Shown here piece by piece: positions 25,138 to 38,540 of a DNA stretch of 64,000 nucleotides (position 1 is its first letter; every line of letters begins with the position of its first letter). Source of the DNA: Fistulifera solaris (taxonomy: Eukaryota); contig AP026143.1 in the NCBI GenBank assembly GCA_030295235.1, positions 372,001 to 436,000 on the forward strand, written 5' to 3'. Position numbers and translations under genes: made by a program. The notes below the pieces were generated by a model. It worked only from the letters and a program-made list of their open reading frames with translations. It did no database searches and had not been told where the DNA came from.

Positions 25138-26921
25138 ATGTTTCCTTTAAATTACTTGCTAATACTGGCTTCATCGATCCATCTGAGTTTCTCATTGGCG
25201 CCATCTTCACTCAACGAAATTGAGCCAGTTCAAGCTATTATCCGACAAGAACTCACCGAAGATACAAACGTTCCGAAGCATACCGATACAGACAAATGTC
25301 AATCATTGAATCCGCAGGACTGTAAAAATCTAGATGAAAGTCTGGGTCGACAGCTAGCGGAACGCCGTCTGAATCCCTCCATAGGAGACAATATTCGAGT
25401 GATCGTTCTGCTGATTAAATTCTCCGATCATACCACCCGAGATTTACCCTCCAGAGAATACTTCGAAGAGTTCTTTAACGGAGAAGGCACAGAGCTAGGC
25501 TCTGTAAAAGAATGGATGCGCTTCAATAGTGTGGGTCGATACCGAGTTCATTTTACTGTTCGCGAATGGGCTACTCTTCCCAACACGGAAAAATTCTATG
25601 CTGCCGGAAATTCGGCTTGGGATACGGATTTCAATCCAGTGGTGGCACCTCTGTTAGACGAAATAGATAATGATCCGAACCATAAGTGGTCACCAGACTA
25701 CATTGACGAGTTCGGCAAGCTAAACCACCTAATTGTGGTTCATTCGGGCTACATGGCTGAAGTAGGTGAGTACGAGAGTGGTTGTGTTTTTTTGCAGTCA
25801 TTCGCTTTGAGAAGGTCACTCAATCTGTTTATTAAAGGCGATCTGTCGTGCTTAACATCCAATCCAAATAGAGTAGATCGTATCTGGTCTAGCGGAGGGA
25901 ACGGGGAAGGTACTGGTGCGCCTGACGCATGGCGATCTAAAGATTTTTATGAGGTAGGGGGTATGGCGCTTCTATCTGCATTCAGCATTCCATCGTGCGA
26001 CAAATCGGGTGCCTTTCATGTGGAGCCTGCTGCACTTGGGCCATTTGTTCACGAATTTAGTCATGGCTTCGGACTTCCCGATTTGTACGACTTGAATGTC
26101 CCCCCTCTGGGTGGTGTCGGAAAGTTCTCGAACATGGCAAGTAGTCAAGGTTGGGACTTTTCACCAAAATCTCCAGGCCACATGGATGGATGGTCTCGTG
26201 CACGAATTGGATGGGTGGACTATATCGATATCGAATTCGATGGATATTATGCCGTTCAACCTTTGGAGGTATCGGGACAGGTCTATCGAATCACCAAAGG
26301 ATACCCCGAAGGCGAATATCTTGTAATTGAAAACAAGCAGCCCATCAAATATGATTCCGACATGCCTGCTGGCACTGGTGGTAAGTGTTTTGCGACGCGC
26401 GTAATGTCGATGTTTACGAGAAATCTCTCTCTTACACAAAGACAGGGATCGTTATTTTTCACGTGGACGAGAAAGCTGACCGTCAAAAGAACGCGGGATA
26501 TCCAGGCAAGCCAGGATGGCCAGCAGCTCACTATCGAGTCGCTGTCCAGCAGGCTGACGGAAACTACGACATTGAAAAGGGTGTGAACCTGGGAGACGAA
26601 GGAGATTTCTATCGCAAAGGAAGCAAACTCAGCTCGGGTGGCGATTTCCCGAACACCGACTCATACCAAGGAGGCGTCATCAAGAGCACGGGAATCAACA
26701 TTGAAGTTGTGACGGATAGTCAGTTCATCATGGCGTTCCACGTAACTGGATTAGGACAGCGGACACTCGATATGCAGGCGTCGTCCGTAGGATCGACAGA
26801 AGGCAATGTGCAAGGCAAGCCATTCTTGAGAGAAGGTTCTCCCAGAGCTACTGTGGCTTGGATTTTAGGGATGTTTATGAGTATCGGTCTGATGCTTGGG
26901 ATGCTTCTTGTTTTTCTGTAA
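25138..26921 (+). CDS. Peptidase M6 (immune inhibitor A-like) metalloprotease, signal peptide and C-terminal TM; introns 25766-25837 and 26381-26445
   Basis: VLLIKFSDH, HLIVVHSG, RIWS, HEFSHGFGLPDLYD, EYLVIENKQ, HYRVAVQQADG, PNTDSY. Confidence 0.9.
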
Positions 26922-27779
26922 CGGGGCCTACGTCTTGTCGGATTCGAGAATGACTAACATGAGCCGCGCTATTTTTTTGTGAAGCTTCAAAAGACTCCGC
27001 CAGCGAAACTCCCCTGTTTGGCATCAACCTCGAAGACTGTTGGCTGTTGGCTTTATTCAACTTTTATAAGAAAACATGCTGAAGGATTCTCAGCGCCATT
27101 TCATTCTATCTGAAACGAAGAAGCAATGTTTCTTTCCTTTTAAGGAAAAAACGGGTTGACATTAAGCCCTAATAAAACCTCCAGCTACTCTGAATGCGAT
27201 CATTTGTTGTCTTGTTAGATTTTATTAATAAATGATGAGAAAAGTTGTGAGCCTTCCATTCGATTGCAATTATGTGGCACTTGAATCTGGACGCGCAATC
27301 TTGACATCTTTATCAAAGGGAACGAAAAATGGTTGGGCCTCGGCCGATAATAAAGCCGAGCCGCGAGACATGACCTCCTTTACCTGTTTCCATTTTTCCT
27401 TTAGTAAATAGTAGACGTGCTTAATCAGCGAGATTTTGTCTATCTACGAGAAAGCAGCGAAATTGTAGAGAAGTTTATCGCAGTGTGTAATGAAATGTAA
27501 GCATGCAATACCCAATACGTTTCTGTCCTCTATGTAAATTGTATCTCAGTCACAGGCTCATGTACTATCCAGGATATAGTTTTCTTGCTTTCATCAGGGC
27601 GTATAGAGCTACAAAGTATGTGTAATGCCACACCCAAGAAAAATGGGACTTTCGCCCCCGTGTTCCGTTTTCCGCCTCAAAAACAAAGCGTCAAACATGC
27701 TCCACTTTCCAACAATTATTCGTCGCCGACATAATCGATTGACTCATTTATCGCGTCGCATTTGTCAATAAAAGTGAAT

Positions 27780-29643
27780 ATGATCTTTGCTTTATCATTA
27801 TTACTTTCACTGAGGACGGCGTGGTGCCTCGCACCACCATTGATTCATGATGAATGGGAATCAGTCGACGAAATGAGGGCACGGCTGGACATTGATTACG
27901 ATTATGAACCTCAATATGTCGACAGCGAGCACTGTCGGTTATTAACGGAGGCCGAGTGCGAAGAATTCGATCAAGATTATGGTCGTCAGCTACGAGAGCG
28001 TCGACTGAATCCATCAGAGGGAGACTTTAAAGTTTTGGTATTGCTCATTAAATTCTCGGATCACGCCGACAAGGAAGTGCCACCACGAGAATATTATGAG
28101 GAACTGTTCAATGGAAACGGCCCCAGTGACATCAACGAAGTGGGTTCCATGAAAGACTGGCTCAATACGAATAGTATGGGGAAATACAAGGTGCAATTCG
28201 ATGTTCGAGATTGGGAGGTGGCACCCAACACCGAGTCTTTCTATGCTGCCGGAAACGCCGGAAGGAGTTCGGACCTGCAGGAAATTTACCGTGATGTATT
28301 GACGAAATATGATAACGAAGGATCGGTTACCTTTACAGATGGTTACATTGACACGGATGGCTTCTGTAAGTGCGACATTTGGAGAGGCTGTTTCATTGCG
28401 CCATGTATTTTCTGACTTGTTGTCACAGTGAACCACCTGGTCGTCATTCATTCCGGTATCATGGCTGAAATTGGTGATTTGTCGTGCATTGAAACTAGTT
28501 TCCTGGATCGTATTTGGGCATCTGGCTCTTACTCTCCCAAAGGTGGGGACAATGTGTGGCGATCCAAGGACTGGTTTGAAGTCGGTGGTCTTGTTATTGC
28601 ATCGGCTTTCGATGCTCCGGCCTGCAACAAGAATACGGGCGAGCCAATACTCGAGCCAGTCAAGCTTGGAGTTTTTGCGCATGAATATTGTGTAAGTAAA
28701 CCAACATTAAAAATGCTGTGAATGCGAGGGAGGTGCGATCACTTACGATTCGATAACGATTCGTTGCAGCACGGTTTCGGTCTTGTCGATCTTTACGACC
28801 AAGGACAGCAAAAGCTAGTCGTTGGAGGTATCGGAAGGTAAGCATCTGATTGTGAAGAGCGAATACTTATCGATCTCTGGTTATATCTAACATTGTCATT
28901 AGGTTCGGAATCATGTCCTCGTCTCAAGGTTGGGACATTTCGCTAGCGACTCCTGGTCATTTGTCGAGTTGGTCTAGAGAAAGAATCGGCTGGATGGAGT
29001 CCATCACTATCGAAAAGGACGGGTACTACGCTTTACAGCCGATGGAAATTTCCAGTTCGGCTTACAAAATTACCCATGGATATCCCGAGGGCGAATACCT
29101 GTTGATTGAAAATAAGTACCCGATGCTATACGATAAGGACGTGGAACAGGGTGGAATTGTGGTGTATCATGTGGATGACACGAAAGATGGCCAAAGAGAG
29201 CGAAGTTATCCGGGAGGAGAGGGTTGGCCCGCAAAACATTACCGCGTAGCTGTCGTCCAAGCAGACGGACAGTTTCATCTTGAGAAAGGCACCGATTACG
29301 GAACAAAGACGGACTTTTTCACGAAAGGAATGATGCTCGGATCGGGGGCGACCAACCCAACACCGATGGCTATCAGAGCGGTGTTCTGACTCCCACTGGA
29401 ATTTCGATTGAAATCATGTCCGATCCGGGCTTTTTGGTTGTCATTCGCGTCAGTGGATTTAACTCACGGTCAGCCGGTTTGAACTTGGATCCTGGTATTG
29501 CGGTCGACGACAAGCCGTCGGAATCACCCGTCGAATTTGATGGCGATTATTCGGCCAAGACATCGTCGGATGTATTACGATGGGTTCTGGCCTTGTTTTC
29601 CGGACTTGGGCTTATGGTGGGCCTGGCGATTGCTGTTTTGTAA
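27780..29643 (+). CDS. Second peptidase M6 paralog; introns 28366-28428, 28692-28769, 28838-28902; frameshift at ~29360
   Basis: Collinear with the upstream paralog: VLLIKFSDH, HEYC|HGFGLVDLYD after splicing, EYLLIENK, HYRVAVVQADG, C-terminal TM. Confidence 0.88.
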
Positions 29644-30259
29644 ATCATGTGTACCAATCTGTGATAATAGTAACTTCGTTTTTTTTTCATACGCTGTATT
29701 GTTTTACCGTCACCAACTTTGAGATTTCCGGAAAGGACGTTAAAATTCTGCCTCTCAGTACAAGTTTCTACGTGGAGCCTACGGCGAGGCAGAATTTTAA
29801 CGTCGTTTCCCGGTACCGTTAATAACGAACGCAAGAATAGAGCACACATCACACATCACAAATAGCTCCTTTATGATAGTTTGCATTTTGATGAATTTAA
29901 AATCTGCATCTTCAGCATCAAGCAGTCGTGGTCTAGTTGGTTATGACGCATCCTTAACACGGATGAGGTCGTGCGTTCGATTCGCGCCGATTGTATTTTT
30001 GACTTTTTGCTGCGTTTGCGATATCTACTGTGAAATAGAGTGTAGATTACTTTTTGTTTTCCTTTCGAATAACGTGAATTTGTCGCACAATGACTCGAGC
30101 GGACGCCTTTTTCGTCTTGGCTCTTTGCCGTTCCCGCTTATTGTTATCGCGTCGTCCGCCACCATGGCGATCATTGATGTCGCTGCATCGCTTGATTTAC
30201 CTGCATTATTGCTTCTTTGCCTTTTGTCATTTCCGTATTCAAACGTATCAATCAGTTTA

Positions 30260-31491
30260 ATGGGCACAATTGATATCAGTATTCTTTCCGCACGAACGGG
30301 ACAATCGGAAGTTTTGACGGTCGATCCTTCCGTCATGACGGTCGGTCAATTGCTCGAATTGAGTCAAGCGCTGTTACCGGATGTGCATCCCGTCAACGAT
30401 CAATTGCTGCGCGACGGACGCGTCTTGCGGGTCGAACAAACACTGGCACAAGAAGGTGTTCAACGAAACGATATGTTGGTCATTCAGCCGCCGCCATCAA
30501 TAGCCGGCGGTCTCGACTTTTCGAGTCTCTTGAAAGCGGCTCCACCGACGGCTTCCTCTTCCACCGACGAACCCTTTGTGTATTATCCCTCCATGAATTT
30601 TTGAAGAAGCGGCCGCGTACAATCCGCATCCCCGCAACATGGTGCAACTATTATTTGCCAAGGAGCATTTGTGGAAAGAATTGCATTATCACAATCCCAA
30701 ATTGGGCCTGGCCTTGGGGGCCGTACGGAATAATTTAGAGGAAGCGGTGCGTGTGTGGCAACAATACGTGGTACAAGGCAGTATTCAAAAGGCCCTGCTG
30801 CAGACGCAACACTATCATCGCGACCGTGACATGCAAGAACGATTACAGCGCAATCCCCATGACGCCGAAGCCGTCGCGTATTTCCGTCAGCAAGACAACA
30901 AAAAGCTGGTGCAACAACAATATTTGCAAATGATGGAAGAATATCCGGAATCTTTGTCAAAAGTGCTCATGTTGTACATTCCCGCACGCATCAATGGACA
31001 CGAAGTCCAGGCGTTTTGTGATTCCGGAGCCCAAATGACCATTATGAGTAAAAAAAGTCGCCATGGAATGTGGGATTTTTGACATGTTGGATGATCGTTT
31101 TCAGGGCATTGCCTCGGGCGTCGGGACGGGGAAAATTTTGGGTCGCATTCATTTGGTGCAATTGCAATTGCAATCCCCCGATGGCGTGCAGTATCATTTT
31201 CACTGCACCATCACCGTCATGGACGATGCGGCGGAAGGAGCCAAAGACATGCCGTTCTTACTTGGACTCGACATGATGAAACGACATCAATGTCAAATTG
31301 ATTTAGAAAAGGGTGTCTTGCGCTTTCGCATTCCTCCCACGCAGCATTTGGAAGTAGCGTTCTTGCACGAAAAAGATTTAGACGAGAGTCAAGGCGGGAC
31401 GAAAGGATTTGATGCTGCCTTGGCGAATGCGAAGTGGATGCAAGAAGAAGACGAAGAAGAAGAAAATAAAAATGCGCTCGATGAATCATGA
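30260..31491 (+). CDS. DDI1: DNA damage-inducible protein 1 (UBL + helical domain + retroviral-like aspartic protease); frameshifts at ~30600 and ~31050
   Basis: Ubiquitin-like N-terminus. [18 protein letters not shown]...[50 protein letters not shown]. Confidence 0.92.
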
Positions 31492-31527
31492 TCATAGTGT
31501 AATGACTCTAGACTAGTTTATCGGCTT

Positions 31528-32302
31528 CTATTTCAACGGATGCGTTTCTCCGTCAATTTCGAGAAATACGCATTCTCCTGGAACTTGGAATTGATCCACA
31601 ATGAGTTCCGCTGCATCGTACACATGATCTCCTTGCACAATGATACTCTTGTCTTTCACACTCGAACTACCGGCAAATTTTTTTAGAGAATGTTTTCGAC
31701 ACATCCTTAAGTTTGACATTGGGTACAGTCTCCATTCCATGAACGATCGTCATGAACTTTTTGCGTTTTTGTGTTTGTTTTTGAATGAGAATACGAATGG
31801 CGGATGTTTCCGTGGATTTGGCTTTGACGCCACGGCGTTTGCGACCCGGTACAACCGCATCTTCATCGTCCTCGTCGTCGCCACTTTCTTCTTCGTCGTC
31901 GTCGTCACTATCCGCATCAAACGGATCTTCCGGTTCCGGTCCGTATTTCTTGACGAGTGCCGAAAACAGATTCTCTTCTTTTCCGGCATACTTTTCCAAC
32001 AACCCCGGAATACTTTCAATCTTTTCGGGGACATATTTTTCGTAAAAGGCCGTCAATCGCTGTTCGGTCGTCCACGGTTCACTGGGTCGCGGCGGCTTCA
32101 CGGCAACAACTTTGCTGCCGTACAATTTTGCATGCGTTTCCGGATGATGTTTTTTCAGCCACGGCAAACAGTGCGTCTCAAAATCCGGACCGTATTCGCA
32201 ATATTCGGGCGGCATTCCGCATTTGTCGCAATACAAAACAACTTGTCGCGGTAAGATGGCGTTGCTTTCGGGGTCTTCTTCTTCTACTTCATGAATCACC
32301 AT
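31528..32302 (-). CDS. DENR: Density-regulated protein (DENR/Tma22, SUI1 domain); frameshift in T-run at ~31680
   Basis: VLYCDKCGMPPEYCEYG zinc site. SUI1-like RKKFMTIVHG...KKFAGSSSV...IIVQGD. Confidence 0.9.
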
Positions 32303-32640
32303 ACTGTGAGTGTATCAAATCTCAGATAAAGATAATTGCTGTTAGCAACGTTATTGATTGCAAAGTGATGCAAATAACAATCTATACTCCGTACGGTACT
32401 TGGTAACATTTATCAGGTATACGGTATACGTGATGATTTATATGATGTGGTTTTCCTGGTGCCGGCTGACGGTCAAACGCAAGCTGATGAGGCTCGCTCT
32501 GTCTGTGACGGACGTGTAGCGGTACTGAACAGTTTTTGCCGTTTTGTTTTTTACACGCACAGCATGATTGTTTTATTATTTTGCATGGAATTTATTCGAA
32601 TCGATCGATCCGAATATGCCGCACATAAACGAAGCAAATC

Positions 32641-34452
32641 ATGTTCTCATCGAAACGTCGCATTTTCGTGTTCACAGCTTTTTGGTACATACACATTCGA
32701 GTCAATGGATTCGTTGCTCGTCCCTTTTCGCGACAAAACAGTGCTTCCGAACGAAGCCGGTCTACATCCATGACGACGACTCCTTCACCAAATAATCATC
32801 GGCCTCAAACGCTCTTTCTCGAGGAAACGACAGGACCGTTAAGACTGACTTCACAGACGGAGACTTTACTCAGCAATGATGATTTCAGCAGTAACATCAC
32901 TCGTGTGAGCAACGATGTGGAAACAGCAGCATTCTCATCACAAGAGGACAGCACATCCAGTGTGTCATCCAAAGAGTCAACAACTTTGTATCAATTGCCC
33001 AGTTACCGTCAATTGGTTGTCTACACGCTCGCGACTGTAGCCATTTGGATGGCCGAACCCTTGCTGAGTTTGGTCGATACGACTGTCGTAGGATTGACCC
33101 AAGGTGCAACTTCTACGGTACAAGTTGCTTCCATGGGGCCCGCGACGACCCTCTTTGATTCTATATTATATGGGTGTTGGTTCTTGGCGGTGGCTACGAC
33201 GAGTCAAGTAGCGCAAGCGCTGGCGAAACGGGATTATTCCGAATTACAAACGGTGGTTCGGAATGTGCTCGGTGTCTCACTCACTCTCGGGTGTGGTGTC
33301 ACGGCGTTTCTGATGCTGTGTGGACCGTTCATTTTGCGGACCATGGTACAAAGTTCAGCGTCGGCACCATCGTTGGTCCATTATGCATCGCAGTATACCC
33401 GCATTCGTGCTCTGGTAGCGATCCCCGCCATTGCCAGTCAAGTGCTGCAGAGTACATGTTTAGCGACACTGGATGTGCGGACACCGGCCATTGCGGTCCT
33501 GGTGGCGTCGGTCGTCAATATTGTGGGAGATTTACTATTGTCGCCGACGATGGGTGTGGTGGGTGCCGCCTGGGCCACCGCCGCCGCTACCGTGGCGAGT
33601 ACGGGTATTCTGTTCCGTGCCGTCATGAAACAAATGCAACAATGGGAGGAGGAAGCAAACGAAAAAACAAGAACCGATGCTTTGGACGATGAGGCACTGA
33701 ACGAGAAAGTTCCCATAGTGTCGGACACTAGTCTAAGAACTTGGATCAAGACATGGAGAACGGTATCATCTATGTTTTCGTTGCCGAATGGTCGACAATT
33801 CGTGGAGCTACTCCGATTATCGGGTCCTTTGTTCTATGCTATCAATGCAAAATTGGCGTGCTACAGTGCGCTCACCATTCGGTGTGCTCCCTTTGGTGTG
33901 ACGGCGTTGGCTGCGTTCAACATCATGATGCGGATCTTCTGTTCATTCGCTTGTTTTGGTTACTCTTTGAGCCAAGCTGCGCAGTCGTTCGTGCCAGCAG
34001 CGTTATTGAGCAACGACGAGACGAAGAATTTTCGCGGAATTATGAAGCGACTTCTGTTGATTGGTGCGACTATGGCGTTAGTCAACCAAGGTGCTACGTT
34101 CACTCTCAGCCGGTTTGGTCGATTTTTTACTACCGACGCTGGAGTTGTTTCTATGTTGCACGATTCCAATATGTTTCTTGGCCTCGCTCTAGTTCTTCAT
34201 CCTGTGACGATGCTCCTTGAAGGAGCTGTGATTGGTATGCGTGACTTCAAGTCGCTAGTTGCTACGTACACCATTACTTTAGGTGTGCATCTGGGTGTTC
34301 TGAAATTCTTGACCATTTCATTGTCCGAGGTGTGGAGAGCGTTTTTCATTTTTCAGTTGGTCACAATGGGCTTGTATAGCGGTTGTATTTGGACAAGAAA
34401 GGTTGTGAAGAACAAACTGAAAACGAGTAAGGAGGCTTTGGTGGCACTGTAA
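32641..34452 (+). CDS. MATE-family efflux transporter, probably organelle-targeted
   Basis: IWMAEPLLSLVDTTVVG, ASMGPAT, D.RTP....VNIVGD..L...GVVGAAWAT; ~12 TM segments. Confidence 0.9.
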   Translation: MFSSKRRIFVFTAFWYIHIRVNGFVARPFSRQNSASERSRSTSMTTTPSPNNHRPQTLFLEETTGPLRLTSQTETLLSNDDFSSNITRVSNDVETAAFSSQEDSTSSVSSKESTTLYQLPSYRQLVVYTLATVAIWMAEPLLSLVDTTVVGLTQGATSTVQVASMGPATTLFDSILYGCWFLAVATTSQVAQALAKRDYSELQTVVRNVLGVSLTLGCGVTAFLMLCGPFILRTMVQSSASAPSLVHYASQYTRIRALVAIPAIASQVLQSTCLATLDVRTPAIAVLVASVVNIVGDLLLSPTMGVVGAAWATAAATVASTGILFRAVMKQMQQWEEEANEKTRTDALDDEALNEKVPIVSDTSLRTWIKTWRTVSSMFSLPNGRQFVELLRLSGPLFYAINAKLACYSALTIRCAPFGVTALAAFNIMMRIFCSFACFGYSLSQAAQSFVPAALLSNDETKNFRGIMKRLLLIGATMALVNQGATFTLSRFGRFFTTDAGVVSMLHDSNMFLGLALVLHPVTMLLEGAVIGMRDFKSLVATYTITLGVHLGVLKFLTISLSEVWRAFFIFQLVTMGLYSGCIWTRKVVKNKLKTSKEALVAL

Positions 34453-34644
34453 GGGAATAACACGGCCAATTACAACTAGAGATTTTGAAGACCCGACTTC
34501 CAAGGGGCCCGAGGCCTCGCACGGCCTGATGCCGTAAATTTGTCGAGCTACTGTACAAAACTGTAATAAGAAAAAGCATGACGCATCGGATGAGCAAAGT
34601 CTAGACCTCTATGATAAGATGTCTTCGCTTAATCCCATATCTAA

Positions 34645-35872
34645 TTACAGCTCAGCCTTCTTTTCCGCGGATTCTCGTTGCTCTAACAAACGTTTTCGTG
34701 CCAATCGCTCTTTCCGAGCTTTCTCTCGTTTTTCATACTCCGGATTCTTCCCCACTCCGAACATTGGGCAGTTTTTACAACCTCTCGAAGGACAATTGTT
34801 GCATCGTGGAGCCGAGTTTCCACTGATCTTTTGCGGTGCCGTGAACCGATTGGCCCCTCCGACTCGATGAGACAAACTATTACCATTCTCGGCTTGTGAA
34901 ACAAGTCTTGCTTTGAAGTTGATGTTCATGTCTCTCCGTTCAATTTCCAACTTGACAAGTTCTTCATAGGGAACGTAGTGGATGCAGTCTACAGGACACG
35001 TTTCGATGGCAATCTGAATCGTTTCATCGTCGTCGCCCCATTGCTTAAAAAAAAAGGGATGTATGGTCAGCTACGTGCCAACAGAATAACCGTGTCATCA
35101 ACTCGGACAACTCACCTGGAAAACTCTGGCCCGACCGTGTTCCGGATTCATGTAGAACGTCGATTGCGCAATCATAGCGCAGTTGGTACACCAATGCACG
35201 TATGCTCGTCCACGTACACCATCTGCAATCGTACTGGTTCTCCTGTTTCTTCGTCGATCTCCACGCGCGTGTGGCTTTCGACGGTCGCCAAATCAACATC
35301 CTCCAAATACGATTCTTGTCGATACACACTCATTCCCTGTACTTCCTCTTGTTCCAGCGATGTGTCGGTAGAAATGTCGAGTGCCGCTGCAATGATTTCT
35401 TTATCGAATCCCCATTCCTCCATTTGACGAGCCGTATTGGCTCGATCTGCCTCTTCATATTGAATTGCACTTCTTCGGCGGAAATCGATGCCAGAGTATC
35501 CAACCATGCCTCGGCTGCTAAATCTTCGGTGAGGTATTGACTAGGTGTACTTGCAAGCTGGTTCTCGCCATCTGTCGAGGGTTCAAAGGACGACCAAAAC
35601 GAACCATCTTCTTTTTGTTTCAAGGTATCTTGCCAGTCTACGGTGGGTCCATCAAGAGAACTTTGCCAACCGTTGGGGGCGATATAATCACCTTTCCATT
35701 CCGATGATTGTAATGCACGGCCTCGAACAAAAATCGTGGGTTTCGAAATAGTTTGCCAAGCGTCGGCAAATAAGGGAAAAGAGGTCAATATCACCCATTT
35801 CGACGATGCCAGTAATCGTCGTGTTTTTAAATGCAGGCTAATTGCGGGGCGTCGTGGTCTATTATCAGGCAT
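34645..35872 (-). CDS. Ferredoxin-domain protein like the Fd part of chloroplast J-ferredoxin proteins; intron 35044-35115; frameshifts at ~35190 and ~35460
   Basis: Reconstructed VYVDEHTCIGCTNCAMIAQSTFYM...GRARVFQ|QWGDDDETIQIAIETCPVDCIH. C-terminal CNNCPSRGCKNCP. Confidence 0.8.
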
Positions 35873-36684
35873 GTCGTATCGAACTTTTTGCAGGAAGCCG
35901 GCGGAGCGAAGGCTAGAGAAAATTACCGCAAGCGAATCTATACGTAGTTCTCGCAAGGTAAAGAGATTAATAAATAAAAAGGAGTAATCAAGCTCTCTGG
36001 CTTTCTTTATTCTTTCTCATTGTTGCGATCGAATGTCTCGATCTTCAATAAATTCTTCCTCTTCAATGCTACTATAAAAGCTATAGTACACAACTCCTTC
36101 TGCGACACGCGACGAGAACGCTTCGCAAGCAACGTCATCACATTCGTGACTTAATGTCTCATGACTCCTCAAATATTCAAGCGCACACACATTATTTCTC
36201 GTCGTCGGCATTTTCATCAAACGTTCCCCCTTTCTTTACAAACAACAGCCTCCTTCAGTACCACAAACAAACAACAGATGTGATTGTTTGAATGAGCTAA
36301 AATTGTTGGCGGCGCTTAAATTATTTTTGTCAACCAAGCCAAGGGCGATGCACTTGTCGTATTCCCCTTGCGTCGTCGTTGACAAGGTCCGTTTTGCGGA
36401 GTATTCTCCGTGTTGTCGTACTGGCTATGGCTTAGATGATATTTTGTGTACCGGATGGGTTGACGGTACTGATTAGCTTATAATATACGGAGTATTATGG
36501 AAAACCCACTCCAAAAGCGCGTTTTCGAAGAAACATCCATCTCTCCCGTTTCCATTTTCCATCGCACCCGGGTGACTCTCGACAAAGATCATCCATTTAG
36601 AACCGTGGACGAGAGAACTAATCATTGACTTCTTTCCACACCCTAGATAAAGAATCTGCAGCGCCCAATCTCAACAAAACAAGC

Positions 36685-38169
36685 ATGAGTTCTTCTTGGT
36701 TTCAATGGATGCCCCCCGAAGCGCTCGACGACGATCAGTCGACTCTCATGACACAGCTCGCGGCGACCAAGTGGAGTTCCAAAATACAGTTTTACCGCAA
36801 ACTGCGTTCTCCTCGCAGTGTCGAAGATCTATTAAAGTTTACGAAAGCGAATCACCTTGTTTGGATGAAGAGTGACAGCTTCATTGTGCTGAAGAAGTTG
36901 CCGAAATCCGTTCCCTTCTTTTCCAAGTTTCGAAAAGCCGGCGCTAGCATCGACTTTGAGCAAAAAGACGGTGCATGTCTACGGGACCTCCGAAAAAGCC
37001 GTCATGAAGACTTTGATCCGGCTCTTGTGCCTGGAAGATGGAAGAGTCGCGGAGGTCCGTTTGGGAGATCATTTTAGTCCGGCCGTAGATCCCTTAGTCC
37101 CGACCAAGTTCCTTGGGCCTGGCTTCTGCAAAAATATATCGAAGCCAATCCACAACGACGACTGGTGTTCGGTCGGGGGTGCTATCTTTCGAAAAATCAG
37201 TCCATGCGGCTGGCGTCGCATCCAAATCCCTTGAATGTGGGTATCGAATGCTTGTTTGAAGATGGCGGACGAGCCTTTCTGGACACGCTTTCCCAGCGTA
37301 CGACCTCCTTTGGGACACTCGCGTCGCACAGTCCGTGCTTTGATAGTAGTTACGACAACTATTCGTCCACAAAAGTCTTTCTGGAAGTCATGAGCCATGT
37401 CTCTAACATTTCACTCGAGCTGTCAAAATGTATTATGGACCATTCTCGGGTTCTTTTGCCGCTATCTGCAAAAGCACAGCGAGTCGAGTATCGCATTTGT
37501 TGCGTGAGCGGATTTGACAGTATTGGTGCTCTTACGATCAGTCCTGAAGCTGTGGTAGTGATCTTTGACGATCATGCACCAGCCCCCTTTCATACCGAGT
37601 TCTTGCGCGCCAGTGGCAACTTGCGAGAAATGGGCCTCATCTACGACGCCTCGCGCCCCCCTTCGGAGGCACAACGATCGGAATTGCTGAGTGCCATTTC
37701 ATCGAATCAGAATCTGCATCGACTTGAACTGGGCTGTTTCTTTGCTCTTGAAGATTTTTGGCATGAACTTCTTGAGACGATCTGGTCGCACGGTAGTTTG
37801 CGACGTGTTGTGTTCTGGCTGCGCGAAGATTCTATCCCACTGTATCAAATGGAAACTTTGCTTGTGTACCTGGACAAGTACGATCATATCGATCTTATCA
37901 TCAAATGTCGAAATGCATCACGGGACGTCGAGAACATGATGAACGACTTTATCGAGCCATTTCGTCTGGAAAATCGAGCTCGTGTTTTGACCCGCGAACC
38001 GGATCCTACCCGACCTGCCGTTGTCGGAGCAGCACTAGTGGACTGGGCGGGTGGCGAATTTGACAAAACATACCATTTGTTGAGTGCCAACACAGATCTA
38101 CTGTGCTCCTTGATTGACCTGCCAGCGCCCCAGCGGCGTGGAAAGCGGCAAAGGGATGAGCTTTATTGA
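36685..38169 (+). CDS. Hypothetical protein with LRR/RNI-like segments; frame break at ~37040-37160
   Basis: ORFs 36625..37077 and 37165..38169 are collinear. LRR-like motifs LREMGL, LHRLEL, LRRVVF. Confidence 0.55.
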
Positions 38170-38540
38170 TCTTCATAACAAAAGGAGGCGTGCGGACCAG
38201 GAACGTAAAACATTCTTCTTCCGCAGAACCGTATCGGTGTAGATCGGTGAGCTAGTCTTCTGTTTCTCAAGGAGCAGAAAAGATCGCAATGCTTGGTGCT
38301 TGATTTGTTCTCATAAATCCTATTTGCAACTTAAACACTGTCTTTAGACTAAAGCGCATCATTTATTTTATACATAGCCGATATTTCACTGGCGACGGAC
38401 AAACGTTGCGTTTATGTTTTATTGGTTTATTGGAAGACGAAATGACGAGAACAAAAAAGACAGTTATTACCTTTGTCTAGTCTAACGAGAGACACCTTCT
38501 GATTCGAATTCTAATAGCTCATCTTCAGTATTGTTAAAAG

